From IMG/VR virus record IMGVR_UViG_2675903425_000024: DNA of 9,366 bases; one strand, 5' to 3'. The translations under genes were made by a program, and so were the position numbers. Within the stretch, counting starts at the first letter, position 1. Each line of letters opens with the position of its first letter. Origin of the DNA: a virus (Duplodnaviria; Heunggongvirae; Uroviricota; Caudoviricetes). The notes under the pieces were generated by a model, which ran no database searches, had not been told where the DNA came from, and saw only the letters and a program-made list of their open reading frames with translations. Positions 5,572-9,366 of the stretch are shown here, piece after piece.

Positions 5572-7509
5572 GTGACTCTTAAACGGGCCTGTTCCCTGCT
5601 GACGGTGAAATCCTTCAGTGAGGATGAACGGGTGATCACCGGGATTGCGTCAACGCCTTCTCCGGATCGGGATGGTGACATCCTGGAGCCGGAGGGCGCG
5701 GAGTTTGGCAGTGCGATCCCGTTTCTCTGGCAGCATGACCATTCCCGCCCGGTGGGGCAGTGTACGGTGCGCCGGGTCAGCGAAGGGCTGGAAATCACGG
5801 CAACACTGGTGAAGCCCGTACCGGATATGCCGTCGCAACTGGCTGCCCGGCTGGATGAGGTCTGGGCGGCCATTAAGACCGGGCTGGTCAGGGGGCTGTC
5901 CGTGGGCTTCCGTCCCCATGAATACACCTTTCTGGACGGAGGCGGACTGCATTTTCTGCGCTGGGAACTGATGGAGGTGTCTGCCGTCACCGTGCCCGCG
6001 AATGCGGAATGCACCATCCGGACCATTAAATCTTACGACCGCCCGTTTTCTGCCGCGTCCGGCAACCGGAAACCGGTGGTGAAAATCGCATCTTCTGCCG
6101 GCGCTGCGGCACAGTCAACAACCGTTTTTCATAAGGAAAAGACCATAATGAATATTGGCGAACAGATTAAAAGTTTTGAAAACAAGCGTGCAGCGCTGGC
6201 AGCCTCCCTTGAGGAGGTCATGACCAAAGCCGCAGAGGAAGGGCGCACGCTGGATGTGGAGGAGGAAGAGCATTACGACAACACCGCAGCGGAAATCCGT
6301 CAGGTGGATGCGCACCTGAAGCGCCTGCGTGAACTGGAAGCCGGTAAGGCCGCCACGGCGCAGCCGGTGAAACAGGCCGGTAACGGGAATGTGGCCGCGG
6401 TGGCTTCTGCGCCGGTGATCCGTGTGGAGCAGAAACTGGATAAGGGGATTGGCTTCGCCCGCTTTGCCAAATCGCTGGCTGCGGCTAAAGGCGTCCGATC
6501 TGAAGCCCTGGAAGTGGCCCGTCGTCAGTATCCGGATGACAGTCGTCTGCATCATGTCCTGAAATCGGCAGTGGGCGCGGGGACCACCACGGATCCGCAG
6601 TGGGCAGGCAGCCTGTCTGAATATCAGGAATACGCACAGGACTTTATTGATTACCTGCGTCCGCAGACCATTATCGGGCGATTTGGTCAGGGCGGGATCC
6701 CTGCACTTCGTCAGGTGCCATTCAATATCCGTGTGCACGCCCAGGTGTCCGGCGGTGCTGCCGGCTGGGTGGGTGAGGGTAAGGCAAAACCCCTGACGAA
6801 GTTTGATTTTGAATCCATCACCTTCAGTCATGCGAAGGTGTCGGCCATTGCGGTACTGACGGAAGAATTGATCCGTTTTTCCAGTCCGGCTGCTGATGCA
6901 CTGGTCCGTAATGCGCTGGCGGAAGCGGTGGTGGCGCGTCTGGATACAGACTTTGTGGACCCGAAAAAAGCCGCAGTGGCAGATGTCTCCCCGGCGTCCA
7001 TCACCCATGATGTGAAGGGCACGGCATCAACCGGTAACCCGGATGCGGATGCCGAGGCTGCGTTTGGACAGTTTGTGGCAGCAAACCTGCAGCCCACCGG
7101 TGCGGTCTGGCTGATGTCCAGCACCAATGCCCTGGCACTGTCCATGCGTAAAAATGCGCTGGGTCAGAAGGAATACCCGGACATGACCCTGCTGGGTGGC
7201 TCCTTCCAGGGGCTGCCGGTGATTGTCTCCCAGTACGTGGGTGACCAGCTGGTGCTGGTGAATGCCCCGGATATTTATCTGGCGGATGACGGCGGCGTGG
7301 CAGTGGATATGTCCCGCGAGGCATCACTGGAAATGCAGTCTGAGCCGGGCGGCGACAGTACCACGCCGTCCCCGGTGGAGCTGGTTTCCATGTTCCAGAC
7401 AGGCAGCGTGGCCATCCGTGCGGAGCGCTGGATCAACTGGCGTCGTCGCCGTACTGCGGCGGTGGCGGTGATCACCGGAGTGAACTACGGCAGTGCGTCC
7501 GGCGGCTGA
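5572..7509 (+). CDS. Prohead protease (HK97/S78 family) fused in-frame to major capsid protein (HK97 fold)
   Basis: Single 645-aa ORF with SD AGGAGG 5 nt upstream of the GTG start. The N-terminal roughly 190 aa (GIASTPSPDRDGDILEPEGAEF...WQHDHSRPVG...SAVTVPANAEC) resembles HK97 gp4-type prohead proteases. From about residue 193 (MNIGEQIKSFENKRAALAASLEEV..., coiled-coil delta-domain-like, then a roughly 400-aa body) it resembles HK97-type major capsid proteins. An internal in-frame ATG at 6148 with AAGGA 10 nt upstream could also initiate the capsid protein independently. Confidence 0.9.
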   Translation: MTLKRACSLLTVKSFSEDERVITGIASTPSPDRDGDILEPEGAEFGSAIPFLWQHDHSRPVGQCTVRRVSEGLEITATLVKPVPDMPSQLAARLDEVWAAIKTGLVRGLSVGFRPHEYTFLDGGGLHFLRWELMEVSAVTVPANAECTIRTIKSYDRPFSAASGNRKPVVKIASSAGAAAQSTTVFHKEKTIMNIGEQIKSFENKRAALAASLEEVMTKAAEEGRTLDVEEEEHYDNTAAEIRQVDAHLKRLRELEAGKAATAQPVKQAGNGNVAAVASAPVIRVEQKLDKGIGFARFAKSLAAAKGVRSEALEVARRQYPDDSRLHHVLKSAVGAGTTTDPQWAGSLSEYQEYAQDFIDYLRPQTIIGRFGQGGIPALRQVPFNIRVHAQVSGGAAGWVGEGKAKPLTKFDFESITFSHAKVSAIAVLTEELIRFSSPAADALVRNALAEAVVARLDTDFVDPKKAAVADVSPASITHDVKGTASTGNPDADAEAAFGQFVAANLQPTGAVWLMSSTNALALSMRKNALGQKEYPDMTLLGGSFQGLPVIVSQYVGDQLVLVNAPDIYLADDGGVAVDMSREASLEMQSEPGGDSTTPSPVELVSMFQTGSVAIRAERWINWRRRRTAAVAVITGVNYGSASGG

Positions 7510-7525
7510 GTCTGATAAGGAGGAC

Positions 7526-7543
7526 GGGAGGCGTGCGCCTCCC
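7526..7543 (+). other. Perfect GC-rich hairpin downstream of the capsid gene (RNA stability or translation-coupling element; not a canonical terminator)
   Basis: GGGAGGCG-tg-CGCCTCCC (8 bp inverted repeat) 17 nt after the capsid stop. No T-run follows. It lies between a strong SD-like TAAGGAGG (7515-7522) and the ATG at 7554. Confidence 0.5.
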
Positions 7544-7553
7544 GTAACAGGTT

Positions 7554-7775
7554 ATGGCAAAGATCCGATATCTGCAGGGCACGCATGATGCCCGGGCCGG
7601 GGATATCCGTGATGTGGCACAGCCGTGTGCGGAGGTGCTGGTTCGCCTGGGGAAGGCGGAGTACATCACAGCGCGACGTCCGGCAGGTCAGAAAAAGAAA
7701 CGTGATGCGGAGCATGGCGAATGTGGAACCTTTTGCGGCGAACCCGAAAAAACCAGAAATCAGGACGTGACGTAA
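7554..7775 (+). CDS. Hypothetical small protein (73 aa) between capsid and portal genes
   Basis: ORF MAKIRYLQGTHDARAGDIRDVAQPCAEVLVRLGKAEYITARRPAGQKKKRD... Codon usage resembles the neighbouring head genes. No family recognised. Overlaps the best portal start (7721) by 55 nt in a different frame, so either this ORF or the portal start call may be wrong. Confidence 0.4.
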   Translation: MAKIRYLQGTHDARAGDIRDVAQPCAEVLVRLGKAEYITARRPAGQKKKRDAEHGECGTFCGEPEKTRNQDVT

Positions 7776-9366
7776 GAGAAGTGGGCTGGCGGTCCCTGTT
7801 TCAGGCGGTGGCTGAGCCTTTTGCCGGTGCCTGGCAGCAGGGGGTGAAAGCCGATCCGGAAACCGTTTTGTCCTTTCACGCGGTGTTTTCATGCATTTCG
7901 CTGATATCCCAGGATATTGCCAAAATGCGGCTTCGCCTGATGCAGACTGATGTACAGGGAATACGCCGGGAAAAGCGGCAGGGAGATACTGCCCGTCTCT
8001 GTCGTCGTCCTAATGCGCAGCAGAATCGCATCCAGTTTTTTGAACTGTGGCTGAATTCCAAATTGCGTCACGGCAATACGGTGGTGCTGAAAATCCGCAC
8101 CCCCCGGGGGCAGATCAAAGAACTGCGTATTCTGGACTGGAACCGGGTTGAACCTCTGGTGGCGGATGACGGCGAGGTGTTCTACCGCATCACGCCGGAC
8201 CGGAACTGTGGGATCACAGAGTCGGTGACGGTGCCTGCCCGGGAGGTGATCCACGACCGTTTTAACTGTTTTTTTCATCCGCTTGTGGGGCTGCCGCCGG
8301 TGTATGCCGCAGGACTGGCCGCCATGCAGGGGCATCATATTCAGGCAAATTCGACGTATTTTTTCAGAAATGGCGGGCGACCATCAGGCGTGATTGAGGT
8401 CCCCGGCAGTATTACGGAAGAAAACGCGAAAAAACTGAAGGGGAACTGGGACAGCGGATATACGGGCGAAAATGCCGGGAAGACGGCCATACTGAGCAAC
8501 GGGGCAAAATACAGCCCCACGACGTTTTCACCGGTGGATGCGCAGACGGTGGAACAACTGAAAATGACGGCTGAAATTGTCTGTTCGGTGTTCCGTGTCC
8601 CGGCCTACAAGATTGGCGTTGGCCACCCGCCTTCCAGTGACAACGTGGAGGCGCTGGAGCAGCAGTATTATTCCCAGTGTCTGCAGACGCTGATTGAGTC
8701 CATTGAACTGTTACTGGATGAGGCGCTGGAAACGGGGGAAAACGAGAGTACAGAATTTGATGTCACCACGCTGCTGAGAATGGACAGTGAGCGGCGCATG
8801 AAAACGCTGGGGGATGCGGTGAAAAATACGCTTCTCACGCCCAATGAGGCCCGTAAACGGGAGAACCTGCCGCCCCTGGCCGGCGGTGATGCACTGTATC
8901 TTCAGCAGCAGAACTACAGTCTGGAGGCGCTGTCCCGTCGTGATGCCCGTGAGGATCCGTTCGCGTCTGCCGGGAAAACAGTTTCATCACAGCTGCCTGA
9001 CGGCGCATCTGACGGTAATAAGGCAATCAGTGAAACAGAGCATGATGCGGTGAAAGCGATGTTCAGGGGGGATACTGAGAAAATGACGGAACGGGAACTG
9101 TCCATTATTCGTGCACTGGGAGAAGAATTTTCCACAGTGCTGGCGGATTTACAGCGCACATTTGAGGGGAAGATGGCCTCGCAGGCACAAGCGTTTGAAG
9201 AGAAACTGACTTCCCTGTCGGCGGTATTACAGAAGCATGTGACGGTGGATGAGGTGCGTCCGGTTCTGCAGGCGATGGTGGATGACGCTGTGGGGGCCAT
9301 TCCGGTACCGCGTGATGGTCGTGATTATGATCCGGATGTACTGCAGCAGGCGGTGAATGATGCGGT
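7721..9366 (+). CDS. Portal protein (HK97-family), 3' end beyond the window
   Basis: Frame 2 is open from ATG 7721 (GGAG at 7709-7712, 8 nt upstream) to the window end, with no stop, which is why it is absent from the ORF track. Translation contains portal-like stretches (FHAVFSCISLISQDIAKMRLRL..., ...FRVPAYKIGVGHP..., ...EQQYYSQCLQTLIESIE..., ...ENLPPLAGGDALYLQQQNY). Alternative start GTG 7781. Confidence 0.88.
   Translation, partial: MWNLLRRTRKNQKSGRDVREVGWRSLFQAVAEPFAGAWQQGVKADPETVLSFHAVFSCISLISQDIAKMRLRLMQTDVQGIRREKRQGDTARLCRRPNAQQNRIQFFELWLNSKLRHGNTVVLKIRTPRGQIKELRILDWNRVEPLVADDGEVFYRITPDRNCGITESVTVPAREVIHDRFNCFFHPLVGLPPVYAAGLAAMQGHHIQANSTYFFRNGGRPSGVIEVPGSITEENAKKLKGNWDSGYTGENAGKTAILSNGAKYSPTTFSPVDAQTVEQLKMTAEIVCSVFRVPAYKIGVGHPPSSDNVEALEQQYYSQCLQTLIESIELLLDEALETGENESTEFDVTTLLRMDSERRMKTLGDAVKNTLLTPNEARKRENLPPLAGGDALYLQQQNYSLEALSRRDAREDPFASAGKTVSSQLPDGASDGNKAISETEHDAVKAMFRGDTEKMTERELSIIRALGEEFSTVLADLQRTFEGKMASQAQAFEEKLTSLSAVLQKHVTVDEVRPVLQAMVDDAVGAIPVPRDGRDYDPDVLQQAVNDA

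Noticed and set aside
5559-6026. Minus-strand ORFs (5559-6026, 5650-5952) inside the protease domain
   Set aside because: Antisense artefacts of the GC-rich protease coding sequence; no recognisable features.
6115-7008. 297-aa minus-strand ORF inside the capsid gene
   Set aside because: Antisense to a well-supported capsid coding region; Arg/His/Cys/Gly-rich, low-complexity translation typical of the reverse strand of GC-rich genes; no RBS or family motif.
7585-7770. 61-aa alternative-frame ORF overlapping the small protein ORF
   Set aside because: Arg/Trp-rich, no RBS; frame 3 (7554-7775) has the more protein-like translation.
7889-9300. Minus-strand ORFs (7876-8061, 7889-8338, 8835-9026, 8914-9300) inside the portal gene
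   Set aside because: Antisense to a continuous portal-like reading frame; no support.

Overview
This window reads as the late region of a lambdoid (HK97-like, cos-packaging) prophage from an enterobacterial host, all called from sequence motifs by eye with no database search. Left to right on the + strand: a partial upstream ORF and terminator; an AntA/KilA-C antirepressor; two tiny single-TM peptide genes; an Rz-like spanin broken by two N-runs (1258-1307, 1521-1558); a lipoprotein that is essentially a TonB C-terminal domain; an Arc/Mnt-like ribbon-helix-helix gene on the minus strand; an HNH endonuclease; a non-coding stretch with clustered GTTAAC palindromes (probable cos/terminase recognition region); terminase small and large subunits; an in-frame prohead protease-major capsid fusion; a small ORF; and a portal gene that runs off the window end. 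The most interesting candidate is the TonB-C lipoprotein sitting in the position that bor occupies in lambda, a possible lysogenic-conversion or exclusion factor. Most long minus-strand ORFs in the track are antisense artefacts of GC-rich + strand genes.
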